DNA of 63,754 nt, counting the filler, from Collodictyon triciliatum (Eukaryota): NCBI GenBank assembly GCA_043381765.1. It is 4 parts of 4 records of this genome, joined end to end, with 100 filler letters (N's around TTAATTAATTAA, not from the genome) between each part and the next. Parts side by side here need not be neighbours in the genome. Positions count along the whole stretch, not along the records: positions 1 to 20,522 come from JBHJMP010001233.1; positions 20,623 to 37,123 come from JBHJMP010001234.1; 2 more parts are not named here. One strand, given 5' to 3'. The translations under genes were made by a program, and so were the position numbers. Shown here in pieces: positions 13,601 through 26,148 of the stretch (within the stretch, counting starts at the first letter, position 1; the number at the start of each line of letters is the position of its first letter). The notes under the pieces were generated by a model. The model ran no database searches and was not told the origin of the DNA. It saw nothing but the letters and a program-made list of their open reading frames with translations.

Positions 13601-16600
13601 ATTACCATTTGAAAGTTTGTTTTATACCAGGCAAAGCTCAACCCTTTCTTTTTTTTTCTTTTTCTTTTTACGACACGCTAGATTTCAGTTGGTTGACATG
13701 ATGTGGAGGAAGAATATGGAAGCTACAGTGAAGTCACCAAACGTTATGGCCATAGCTGGCCGATACAACATCAAGAATAGTATCCTTTTAAATGTGCTTT
13801 GCCAGATTTGACATTATTTCGGGCTATCTTTTTTTTCCCCCCTTTTCTGTCCAGAGTTTATTGAATTCTTTTCAATATATTTGAATTTCTGAGCGAATTT
13901 AAGACTTTGTTGAGGCAAACCAAGTATTGGAGGAAATCCAGAAAGGCTTGGAGGAGTATCTGGAAACTAAGAGAGGTTTCTTCCCTCGATTCTTTTTCCT
14001 GTCAAACGACGAGCTTCTGGAAATCTTGAGCAAAACCAGAGACCCTACTGCTGTTCAACCACACTTGAAAAAGTGCTTTGAAAACATTGAAAAGCTTGAT
14101 TTCACCCCAGAGGGAAAAGTCATTGCTATGTATAGCTCTGAAAACGAACAAGTCCTTTTTGCAAACGTGAGTAGTCTAAGCATTCCCCATGCTATGTAAT
14201 TTGAGAGGCAACATTTGCATCCATAATGACAGATTTTTTACGGCTTTGTCAATGTTGCATACTGATCTAATAATACATAAAATGTCAGACACATCATGTT
14301 CAAACATCAGCAAAAGTAGAGGAATGGTTGCTAGGTGTTGAGGATGCTATGCTCACTAGCTTGAAGGCAATAATGAGTGCGGCGCTCACTGACTTCTCCA
14401 CCAGAAAAAGGGAAGACTGGATTGTCAAATGGCCTGGTCAAGTATGCAAAGGCCTTCATCATTATTTTTTTTCGCGTGTACTTACATGTATATGTGTTTA
14501 TGTCACTCGATTTCATAATTTTCAAACTCCTCTTTCTCTTTCTTTTTTATTCTCAAGATCGAATCGGCCAACTAGATTCACAATCTTGATTTCAATTACT
14601 AACTCAGAAAGCAAAATCAGGTTGTCCTCGCAATCAACAAAGTTATGTGGACCCAAAAAACCCACCAAGCAATAAGGGAAGGAACCAAAAGTGTGAGAGA
14701 ATTTGAAAACCTCCTCTCAGCGCAACTGATGAACCTTGTGGAGATGGTCAGAGGGGATTATTCTGCGCTGGCACGTCTGACACTGGAGGCTCTAATTGTG
14801 CTTGACGTTCACGGAAGGGATGTAATAACAAAGATTGTTCTCGCAGAGGTCACCAGAGAAGATGACTTTGATTGGATGAGTCAGGTTTTTTCTTCCTGTA
14901 TTTATTGTAAACTAACAGATAGATCAACTGACTTTACTGCCCATTTAACAATAGCTACGCTATTATTGGGAAGAAAAAACCCTTAATGTCAAAATGGTTA
15001 ACGCGGCATTACCCTATGCGTACGAATACCTGGGAAATTCTCCTCGCCTTGTCATAACTCCGCTCACCGACAGATGCTGTATCCTTGTGAAGTGTCCATA
15101 CTCTATTGATTTATTTGCCCAACCATACTGATATATCTCATTCGCGCATATATATCTTTTCTGTACCTCTTGATGTATTAATTCCAACGATGGAAACTCC
15201 TGAAACGTCACAACCTTTGAGAACTGGAATTTATTTCATTTGTGTTATAATTTCCTTAATCGATTGACTATAGATATTACCCTAATGAGTGCCTTGCATT
15301 TGTACTATGGAGGGGCGCCTGAGGGGCCTGCTGGTACAGGAAAAACAGAAACATGCAAAGACCTTGCAAAGGCTGTTGCCAAGCAGTGTGTCGTATTTAA
15401 TTGCTCTGATGGTCTGGATTACCTTGCCATGGGTGAGTCTTATGATTGTTTTGTAAATCTTCTAGGTAAATAAGGGGCACCGCTTGTTCCACCATCACGA
15501 TTGACATACCAATTCATGTCTCCCCTTAGGTAAATTCTTCAAAGGAATCGCTACGAGCGGTGCTTGGTGTTGTTTTGATGAGTTCAATAGAATTGACGTC
15601 GAAGTTTTGTCAGTGATTGCACAGCAAATACTCACTATTCAAAGAGCCATCGGTCTGAAGAAGACACGCTTTGCATTTGAAGGTGAGCCTTCTATCATGC
15701 CTTTGAGGACACAATTTTTTTTCTGGGAAAATAATATACCACAATAGCATTTGCAAAATATCCATTGAAATGGACGTCCGCAATATTTACAATATATCGC
15801 ACAATATCTTTTTCTTTTTCTCTTCTTTTTCTCTTCTTTTTCTCTTCTTTTTCTCTTCTTTTTCTCTTCTTTTTCTCTTCTTTTTCTCTTCTTTTTCTCT
15901 TCTTTTTCTCTTCCTTTTCTCTTCCTTTTCTCTTTTCTTTTTCTTTTTCTTTTTCTTTTTTCTTTTTTTCTTTTTCTTTTTTTCTTTTTCTTTCTCTTTC
16001 TCTTTTTCCTCTTTTCTTTTTCTTTTTCTTTTTTCTTTTTTTCTTTTTTCTTTTTCTTCTAAATAGTAAATACACTACAAAACTAATGAAAATGTTTCTG
16101 TTGTGGTATTAGGGAGAGAAATAAAGCTCGACCCCAGCTGTGCGGTGTTCATAACCATGAATCCTGGATATGCGGGTCGGTCTGAATTACCAGACAACTT
16201 AAAGGCCTTATTTCGACCCGTTGCCATGATGGTACCCGATTATGCTATGATTGCCGAGATAAGTCTGCTTTCCTACGGATTCAGTGACGCTCGTAACTTG
16301 GCTCGAAAGATTGTCTCAACATTCAAACTATCTTCTGAACAATTATCCTCTCAACACCATTACGACTTTGGTATGCGTGCAGTCAAAGCTGTGTTGAGAG
16401 CTGCTGGTGTGCTGCGTCGAAAAAATCCCAGCGAGAAAGAGGCACTTCTAGTCCTGAGATCACTTAACGATGTAAACTTGCCAAAATTTATAGCAGAGGA
16501 CCTTCCGCTCTTTGGTGGTATTATTCGAGATTTGTTCCCCGGTGTCAAGTTACCGAATGGAGACTACAAAGATTTAATCATAGAAATGAACAAAGCAGCA

Positions 16601-19600
16601 TCTGCGATGGGGCACCAATCTGTCCCGCTTCTCATTAAGAAAACGATTCAACTTTTTGAGACTATTGAAGTTCGACATGGAGTCATGCTTGTTGGTGAAA
16701 CATACTCTGGGAAAACAGGGTGCCTCAAAATGTTGGCTGCTGGGCTATCTGCCCTGGACTCAGATCCGAGGTATTACCCAGTCAGAATCTCAGCACTCAA
16801 TCCAAAGTCGGTCACCATGGGTCAGCTCTACGGCCAGAGTGACCTTATCTCCCATGAATGGACAGATGGTATTCTAGCCAAAGTTGTTCGCGATTGTTCG
16901 CAAGATGCTAGCACAGTTCACAAATGGATAGTATTTGATGGTCCAGTTGACTCATTGTGGATCGAAAACATGAATTCAGCGTTGGATGACTCGAAGAAAC
17001 TGTGTTTGAACAGTGGAGAGGTTATCTGGCTGACCTCGACGATGACGTTCGTATTTGAGGTTGGAGACTTGTCCATGGCATCACCGGCAACTGTTTCTCG
17101 TTGCGGTATGATATATATGGAACCATCTCTATTAGGATGGGAGCCTCTCATGGAGTCTTGGATCCAAAAGCTGCCTCCCTATCTCTGTGGGATTGCTGAA
17201 TCGATTCGTAACATGTTTCGGTACTTCGTACCTAAGTTACTTATCTTTCTCAGAAAGCATACGAAGGAAATGGTCCCGCTTATAGATACTGCTCTTGTTA
17301 ATAATTTAATCACATTATTGGGCTGTCTGTGCGGTGATTCTTCTTCATTTGGAAATGGAGAGGGTGCCATCAGAGCCAGTTTTGATGCATTTTTCATTTT
17401 TTCTCTTGTGTGGTCTCTCGGTGCAAACACAGACGTTGACGGAAGAGAAAAGTTTGATTCATTCTTGCGTGAGCTTCTTCTTCAAAGTGGTGGAGCGGAT
17501 TTTGATGGAATCTTAACCCAAATACCGAGCGAACGCCATTTGTATGACTACGTATATTCCCCGGAGCTTGGCTCATGGAAGCTGTGGCTTGAGCCTTCCT
17601 CGGTCCCTGTCTTGCCAGAGGACATTCCAATCTCTGAAATACTCGTGCCAACAGTAGACACGGTCAGGTACTCATATTTGCTGCGTTTGTATTTGGATAA
17701 ACGTGTTCCGTTACTTTTTGTTGGCCCCACAGGAACAGGAAAAACAGCCATTATGAAAAGCCAGCTCTTGTCTGCAGAGAACGAAAAACTGCACCCGCTG
17801 TTTATCACATTTTCTGGGAGAACGTCTGCCAACCAAACACAGGACTTGATTGACTCAAAGTTGGAAAAAAGACGAAAGACCACGTACGGCCCAGTAGGCG
17901 GCTCCAAGTTGAATATAATGATAGACGACTTGAATATGCCTGCTCGGGAGAAATTTGGAGCACAACCAGTGATTGAGTTGTTGAGGCAGTGGATGGACAA
18001 TCGGGGGTGGTACGATAGAAAAGCAATCATTTTTCATGACATTGTTGATATCCTCTTTGTGGCTGCAATGGGTCCTCCTGGTGGTGGTCGTAACGCTGTG
18101 ACGTCTCGCTATTTGCGCCATTACCACGTGATAGGCATTACGCCACCAGATGACCAGAACCTGAAGAGAATCTATGGGAATATCTTGGTTCAAAGCTTAA
18201 AATCAGCTCCCTCCCCATTTCAAGATGCCATCGTGGAATCCACAATAGAATTATACAGAACCATATGCTCGCAACTTCTTCCAACTCCAACAAAGTCACA
18301 CTATTTGTACAACACCCGTGATTTGTCACGGATATTCCAAGGCTTGTCAACCGCTAAGGACCACAGCCGGGCTCAAGCCGATGATATAATCCAGCTCTGG
18401 GTTCACGAGTGCTGTCGAGTTTTTGGGGACCGTTTGGTTAACGACCAAGACCGCTCTTGGTTCAAACAATTGATCCAATCCATCAGTGCCAAAAGGCTTG
18501 AAGTACGCTATCCTCTTATCGTGGATGACATACCTACGCTATACGGCGACTTTATGGACCAACAAAAGGTATATCTCGTTGTTTGCCGCGTGCATGACAC
18601 CACCTCCATCTACTGTGTTGTTCAGGATATCTTAATAGTATGAAAGATAATATATGTGCACTTGAATGACCGAAATCATTAACTTGGTTGTATTGGTGTG
18701 ATATAAGTAATTTTTATTTGGCTAAGCAACTTTAATTATGTCATCCAGAAATACACGAAACTTCCGCCGATGGACAAACTTGTGCCATGCGTGGAGACTC
18801 ACCTGGAAGAATACAATAATTACAGTAGGAAACCGATGCATCTTGTTTTGTTTTCGTACGCAGTGGAACACATGACACGCATCGCACGAATCATTCGCCA
18901 ACCCAATGGACATGCCCTGCTTATTGGTCTGGAAGGGAGCGGAAGAAAGTCAATGACTAACCTCGCCGCCCATGTCTGTGGACAAGATGTGTTTGAACTG
19001 GACATGGGGCGCACTTATGGCTTCAATGAGTGGAGAGATGACCTGAGAAGACTTATGAGGAAAGGCGGAATAGAAGGATCTCCTGTAGTATTCCTTCTGA
19101 CAGACCAGCAATTAAGCAATGAGGCATTCCTGGAAGATGTCAACAACATTCTGAACACTGGTGAGGTTCCAAACTTGTTTGTCGGTGATGAATTGGTCGC
19201 TCTTTTGAATGACATGAAGCCTATTGCAGTGCAATTCAATCGTGCAGATAATAAGTCCCAGACCTTAGATTTCTTTTGGAGTAGATGTCGGCAGTATATA
19301 CATGTCATCATTTGCATGAGCCCTGTCGGTGATTCCCTACGCAACCGTCTTCGCCTATTCCCTTCCCTGGTTAACTGCTGCACAATCGATTGGTTTCCGG
19401 AATGGCCTCGCTCAGCACTACAAACAGTGGCCTCCAATTTGGTATCTGACCTAGTCGAAGAAACAAATATGGCTACGGAATTTGTCGAGGTCTGCGTTCA
19501 GATGCATGTAGACGTGGAGAGTTTGAGTCAAAGATACTTAAGGGAGGTTAAGCGTCATTTCTATGTCAGTCCTACAACATACCTTGAGTTCATATCAGTC

Positions 19601-20302
19601 TTTAGAAAGTTTCTCACGTCCAAGCGTCAGGAGGTTCTTGATGCAAAACGTCGATACGAGATTGGTTTGCAGAAGCTTCTTTCCACAGAGGCAGAAGTTG
19701 GCAAGATGCAGAAGGAATTGGTTGCTTTGAAGCCTCTACTCCTTGTGATGTCACACAAAACAGATGAACTAATGAAATCCATTCAAGTTGACCGTGAAGA
19801 GGCATCTGTCACAAAAGGTATCGTGGAAAAAGAAGAAGCTGCTGCCACCATCCAGGCCGAGGAGGCCCGTAAAATGAAGGAAGAATGCGAAGCTGATCTC
19901 CAGGAGGTCATGCCATCTCTCTTTGAGGCCCAGAAATCACTAGAGACCTTGAACAAAAATGATGTGTCAGAGGTCAAAGCCATGAAAAGCCCCCCTGAAG
20001 GTGTTCGGAAAGTCATGGAGGCGGTTTGCATCATGCTTGACATAAAGCCTGTCCTTGTGGATGGAAACAGAATGGGCAAGAGGGTGTACGATTACTGGGA
20101 AAGTTCCAAGAAAATGCTCAGTGACTCAAAATTCTTGCTAACGCTGCAAACATATGACAAGGATAACATTCCTCAATCAATCATCGACAAGCTGACCCCT
20201 TACATCCGCGATAAAGGGTTTGAACCGGCCGTGATGCAAAAGGTTTCGGTCGCAGCGACATCTCTATGTGGATGGGTCCGTGCTATTTACAAGTACCACA
20301 AG
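6215..20302 (+). CDS. DNAH1: Axonemal dynein heavy chain, DNAH1-like inner-arm type; about 31 exons, truncated after the stalk/MTBD by the contig end
   Basis: P-loops AAA1 [11 protein letters not shown]2 [11 protein letters not shown]3 [11 protein letters not shown]4 GLEGSGRKS. Also [65 protein letters not shown] and the stalk coiled coil. N-terminal [20 protein letters not shown] resembles the DNAH1 N-terminus. The subfamily call is by recognition only; the start codon comes from chaining in-frame GT-AG exons. Confidence 0.93.
7557..7640 (+). repeat. (TTTA)n microsatellite in dynein intron
   Basis: Direct inspection. Confidence 0.95.
15808..16058 (+). repeat. Pure C/T low-complexity tract in dynein intron
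   Basis: About 250 nt of TTTTTCTCTTC-like units. Confidence 0.95.
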
Positions 20303-20522
20303 GTAAGCGGATCTCCTGTGCGCAACGTGCGCGAAAATAATGCTAAGGACCTTTTCCTTTCCTGTCAATATCAGCGTGTTTTGAATGTTAATACAAATTC
20401 TTCTTCTTTTTTGTTCTTTGTTTGTTCTTTTTTGTTCTTTTTTGTTCTTTTTTTGTTCTTTTTTGTTCTTTTTTTGTTCTTTTTTTGTTCTTTTTTTGTT
20501 CTTTTTTTTGTTCTTTTTTTTT

Positions 20523-20622
20523 NNNNNNNNNNNNNNNNNNNNNNNNNNNNNNNNNNNNNNNNNNNNTTAATTAATTAANNNNNNNNNNNNNNNNNNNNNN
20601 NNNNNNNNNNNNNNNNNNNNNN
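20523..20622. other. Artificial contig spacer (N-run / TTAATTAATTAA / N-run)
   Basis: Identical 100-nt structure recurs at 37124 and 57597; TTAATTAATTAA gives stops in all six frames. Confidence 0.98.
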
Positions 20623-20728
20623 TTTTATTGTTTTTTATTGTTTTTTATTGTTTTTTATTGTTTTTTATTGTTTTTTATTGTTTTTATTGTTTTTTATTGT
20701 TTTTTATTGTTTTTTATTGTTTTTATTT
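20623..20728 (+). repeat. (TTTTTTATTG)n repeat at contig start
   Basis: Direct inspection. Confidence 0.95.
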
Positions 20729-20969
20729 AGCGGTGACCTTATAACAAAATTAATCACTATCAGATACGCAAAATCGGATGTTCAAATACCATTTGATAAA
20801 ATCCTCAAAAAATATTTTTGAAACGAAAAGATGGTTTATTAATATTAGATACAGTATGTGTAAAATTGTATATAAGTGAGTGTTCATTGTCGAAAAAGAA
20901 TACCATATATTCCATGTCATAAAAAATGGATATTTCTCTCTCTCTCCTTTTTTTTTTATTTTAGGAAAA

Positions 20970-22925
20970 ATGAAAGTAGAAGTATTCGAAGACAACGAAG
21001 ATTTTGAGTTTTCGACACGAGGACAATCAAAAGCATGGGTTCATGGCTATGGAAAGAACGACGAGGCGAGCGAAAATTCTAAGGTGGGAAGAATCACCCC
21101 CAGCTCGAATTCTGCAGAGAAAAACAAACCTGGAACTTCGGAAGGCATCACTCAGCCAGCTCCTCCATCAAGCAACCATGTTCAGCATTTAGATACTCCC
21201 CTGAACGAACCACCGATTCATAACATCAAACCTCCGATAGAAAGAAATACACAGTCGAAAGTCAAACTCTTCATTCGAAAAAACATATGGACAATCGAAA
21301 AAAATCGGACAATTTTCAACTTGCTTTTCAAGAATGAAAAATCTCGATATTTTCTTCTTTATCTGTTTAAAAATAGATTGATGGTAATTTTTATTACTTT
21401 GTTTTGGCTTATTTCGACAATAGTGGCCCTATTTCGTTGCTACGGTTTCAAAATAATCCCTACTGCAATATATGTTCCCTATCAAATCGTCTTTACGCTA
21501 AATTTCTGTTTGCTTCATTCAATTTTTATTCGATTTGACTTAATCAAGGAATTGGCAACATCTTTCAACTTCTGGTTTACAATGTGGAATATAATGTCTG
21601 CTCATGTTTGTCTTTTCATGTTATGGGGAGCAACTCTGGAATTTTTTTGCGTCGCACTCCATTCTGTATCAAGCATGTTGCTCTTAATTTTGTTTGATGC
21701 ACATTCAGGAAAAGAAAGGAAAGCGATGAAATTTGTCGTCTTGTTGGGTATATTCTCATACACTCCTATGGTTTTCATCTTAATATTTGACTGGATTGAT
21801 TTTAGGATTGAAAGTATTTCCATTCCATCAACGGACATGCAGCTCATTGATGTTAGATTACAAGCCCTCGACAACTTGACAACATTGCTGGTCTATTTAT
21901 TGAGGATATGCTTCAATCATATTATTTCGAAAAAACCAACAACAATTGCATTCGTCTCATACTTTTACGAGTTAAAGCCCCCAGAAAAGTTAAATATCGA
22001 AGATGGACCTCGAATAGAACAGGAAAAAGGGAATAAAAATCATGAACAGCTTGGCATAGAACATGGACTTTCTCCTGTGGCCCCATTACAGCCAGCAGTC
22101 CAAAAAAATGAAGTTTCCAATGAAATTCACAAGCAAAGTCTGGAAGGCCATATCCGAGAAAATATGGTGGGGAACGAACTGAAAAATGCTGATCCTAACA
22201 AACATATAATCGTTGGTATTTTTGAAGATAAAGAACTGGAATATGACCCGAGGCAAACTATATTCCATTTATACATCAAAGAAAATCTTCCAACGTTATC
22301 CAAAGTTTTAACATCAAAGCATTACAATATTTTTGGCATCACGCTCAATATAATAACAGTCTTTATTTCACTTCCACTTTCAATAGGGTTGAACTTGGGT
22401 TATGGAATAGAATTTTTTGGCACGTTTTTAGCATTTTTTTCATTTACATATATCGTTATTAAGATAGTAATCACGTGCAATTTTTTCATGTTACATCACA
22501 TGTTGCGCTCCTTTGATTTTTGGTTTATTATGTCACTTGTTTTAAAGATTATTGTATCATCTGCAGTTTTGTGTGAATGGCGCAAGCGAACGACTTATTG
22601 GCTTTTCATCGCATGTGCCCTAATATGGTTCATTATGATTGACACCTTGAATATTAACCAAAGAAATTTAACATACATTTCATTTTTTGCTATTGTATGG
22701 TGTCTCGCGGCAATAGCTTTATGTAAATTCAATATTGGAGAAACATTTAAAGCGGATAAGTTCATTCAATTGGGAGACTCTAGGCTTACATCCTCAAAAA
22801 TTACGTTATCGTCATCTCTTTTATCTTCATGTGTATTCCTGGTGAGATTCTTCTGGAGTTATCACAAAAATCGAAATCGAATTCTCTACATATCTGAAAA
22901 TGTTCGTGCTGAAAGGATCAAGTAA
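20970..22925 (+). CDS. Intronless multi-pass membrane protein with two internal repeats (about 6 TM each), unknown function
   Basis: About 650-codon uninterrupted ORF with two hydrophobic blocks separated by a polar linker. Repeated motifs: RTIFNLLF / QTIFHLYI and LIKELATSFNFWFTM / MLHHMLRSFDFWFIM. Confidence 0.85.
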   Translation: MKVEVFEDNEDFEFSTRGQSKAWVHGYGKNDEASENSKVGRITPSSNSAEKNKPGTSEGITQPAPPSSNHVQHLDTPLNEPPIHNIKPPIERNTQSKVKLFIRKNIWTIEKNRTIFNLLFKNEKSRYFLLYLFKNRLMVIFITLFWLISTIVALFRCYGFKIIPTAIYVPYQIVFTLNFCLLHSIFIRFDLIKELATSFNFWFTMWNIMSAHVCLFMLWGATLEFFCVALHSVSSMLLLILFDAHSGKERKAMKFVVLLGIFSYTPMVFILIFDWIDFRIESISIPSTDMQLIDVRLQALDNLTTLLVYLLRICFNHIISKKPTTIAFVSYFYELKPPEKLNIEDGPRIEQEKGNKNHEQLGIEHGLSPVAPLQPAVQKNEVSNEIHKQSLEGHIRENMVGNELKNADPNKHIIVGIFEDKELEYDPRQTIFHLYIKENLPTLSKVLTSKHYNIFGITLNIITVFISLPLSIGLNLGYGIEFFGTFLAFFSFTYIVIKIVITCNFFMLHHMLRSFDFWFIMSLVLKIIVSSAVLCEWRKRTTYWLFIACALIWFIMIDTLNINQRNLTYISFFAIVWCLAAIALCKFNIGETFKADKFIQLGDSRLTSSKITLSSSLLSSCVFLVRFFWSYHKNRNRILYISENVRAERIK

Positions 22926-23680
22926 AAGCATCTCATAAAATAAAAAATAAAAAAACATCATATAGTACCTCTCAATTATCTAAAACAAAAAGAAATACGT
23001 CTTGGTGTATACTCGGAGAAATTTCTGAGTTAAAGATTGCCTTTTGTTCTCTAAGCAATATTCAGGAAATTCTTTATATACCTCAATATTTAGATTTATT
23101 TCATTAAAATGACAGATTGATCGCAATTGTTTAATCATATTTTTCTGGATTATGCAAGTAACATAAAAAATGCTAGGCTTGAATATAACATAGATAAGCT
23201 TCAAGCCCAATCTACATTTAGTCTACCAGACTCAATTTGTTTCTGCGCATCTGCTTGGTGTAGAGTGCCAGAGGCTCCCATAGGTTTCCAACTAACACAT
23301 CTTTTAGTATGAATTGGAGCCGAAATAGAAATGAGATTAGAAAAAATTAACGCTGCAGGAAGCGTATATTCGAGCTAGGTAGAAATGATAGCGGTTTTAA
23401 ATGTTGCCATGGGAAAGTATATTTACGAAAATACATAAAATATGGTTTGCTAGCTTCCATACAAGAAACCCCCTAGTGAAAGAAAAATAGGACTTGTATA
23501 TTCAATTTACACACCAACGCCACAAATTTTATTTTCGCTTGACATCCTTTGTTGCTCGTCCAGCTGAGTGACTCTGATTTGGATTCGAATAAACCGGCGA
23601 GGTCACCGATGTGTCATAGTGTTTCATCTTGATGCGTTTGAATAAGGGATGCTAGTGTTTCTCTCGAGGCATTANNNNNN

Positions 23681-23795
<115 letters not shown>

Positions 23796-24458
23796 TATTT
23801 TGAAACCCAAAGTCATATGATATAAACTCGTGCGGGCACTGAACGAAACCCTGAGTGCAAAAAGAAAAGATAAGAAAAAGAAGATAACCAATTATATTTG
23901 CATTGTGTGCATTAACAAACGTGATGCTGTGGTGTCGCGTGTGAGCCTTTCCAAAGATAAACAGGGTTGCGCCTGATTTTTTTTTTCCTGTTAGAAAGCA
24001 CATGAGCAATTCTATTCTTGGGCGCGGACAACACGTTGTTAAAGCTTTTCTTTTTGTATGTTTACACCCCTCTTATCCTTTTATCGCCAAAAAGAAAGAA
24101 ACGATTAAAAAAAAAAAAGTCAAGTTAAGAAACTGGGCTTAACGCAGACGCTGCACAAATCCCACTAGCGTTAGCTTTAGGCCCCTTTATCTGGCTCCCA
24201 CCCAACGTCCTAAAAGTAGCTCATGCTGCCACGCAACTCGAAGGTCGCTATTCCCTACACGATGAACAAGAATAACAATGAAAAGTTGTCTCCCGCGGCG
24301 GATATTTTTTTCAACAAAACAAAGACAAAAACAAAACCAGAAACGACAAGCAGCCTTGGAGGAATGCGAGTCCGCTCTTTTAGTTGTAAACGCTGGCTAG
24401 ACACACATCTCTTTTGTTTTCTAATCACACGTCCCTTTTTCTCCTGTCCTTTGCCAGT

Positions 24459-24678
24459 ATGTTTTCCCGTGTCCTCCGTCCGCGTGTCCTTGGTTTCGGA
24501 TCGAAGCAGCCGGCGTGGCTGAGTCATGTGAGGCAGATTTATCACCAGACGCAGGTGGACGACGTTGACCAGGCATTCCAAACTTCACAGGGAGTCTCTG
24601 TGGGCGACTTTCGAAGCGACACAGGTTTTTGCATGCTTCTTTTCTGAACTCTCTTTGCAGCTTACCAGCTATTGACTC

Positions 24679-24736
<58 letters not shown>

Positions 24737-26049
24737 TTGTTATTGTTGTTATTGTTGTTATTGTTGTTATTGTTGTTATTGTTGTTATTGTTGTTATTGT
24801 TGCCATCATCACAGATGAATTGATATCTTCCTGTGAGATGGCGAAAGTATTACGCTTGTCTCTCCTTTTTATTGTCATGGAAGAAAACCTGACTGATTTC
24901 ATTTCCAATTGATAGTAACGCTGCCAACCCAGTTGATGCTGGAAGCTATGTTTTCCTCTCCTTTGGGTGACGATGTATATGGTGTAGGCTGCTATTTGAC
25001 CCTATTATGTTTAAGATATCTCTTCAACTCTTCGTTTTCCAAACAAATGGCACTCTGATTGATGAGCATTATTTCGGCTGGGCTATTAATGCATGCCACT
25101 TAAGTTGCTTCTGAAGTGATTCGCTCATTTATTCAGTACAGAAAATTAATTAATTGTGAATGTAACTAGGAGGACCACACAGTCAATAAGTTGGAGTCAA
25201 CAATAGCGCATATGTGTGGAAAGGAATCTGCTTTGTTCTGCCCCACCGGTTTTTGTTAAAAAAAATACTTTATTTGTTTCTAGTATATGTTTTTATGACT
25301 TTTCCAACTCAAGGAACCATGACAAATCAAATTGGAATGAGGCTACATTTGCTACCCCTACAAAATGCTATTTGTGACTCACGTTCTCACATCTACAATT
25401 ACGAAAGTGGTGGTGTAGCTTATCACAGCCAAGCGCAGGTATCTCTTTATCTGCTTATTTTTGAATATTTATGCTTCGCAGTCTATATTTTGTTTATACT
25501 TTTGTTTCTACTTTTGTTTGAATGCAATTATTTCATGTATCATGATTGCAAACACCCCATATTAGCTTATTCCCGTGGTTCCTTCGAATGGACATCATTT
25601 AACTTTGAGGGATATTCAAGAAAACATTCACGAGAGTGATGATTTGCACACCCCACACACGTCTCTGATTGCATTGGAAAATACCATCAATGGTCTTGTA
25701 ACTCCGTTGCATGACTTCCAGTTTCGTCCTTTTTTTTTCTTATGAAATATAACAAACATGCTCTTTTTACTTATGTCAGTATGATATGTGTCTTCTCATG
25801 ACTATCATAAAAAATCGAGCAATATCTTCTACGACTTGCTAATACATATTCTTTTCAGAACCATATGGCACTTTGCTAGAGAGAAAAATATGAAAATGCA
25901 TTTGGATGGGGCACGGCTATGGAATGCGTGCATCAAAACAGGTCATCAGTTGAGCGAATACTGCCAATACTTCGACACAGTGAGTCTCTGCTTTTCCAAA
26001 GGTCTTGGTGCACCAATCGGTTCTTGTCTCGTCGGTATGTCATTTCATA

Positions 26050-26148
<99 letters not shown>

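Noticed and set aside
15695..16112. Lys/Glu-rich and Phe/Ser-rich ORFs (likewise 23614-24009, 25919-26196, 34033-34390, 57368-57899)
   Set aside because: Simple-sequence repeat artefacts.
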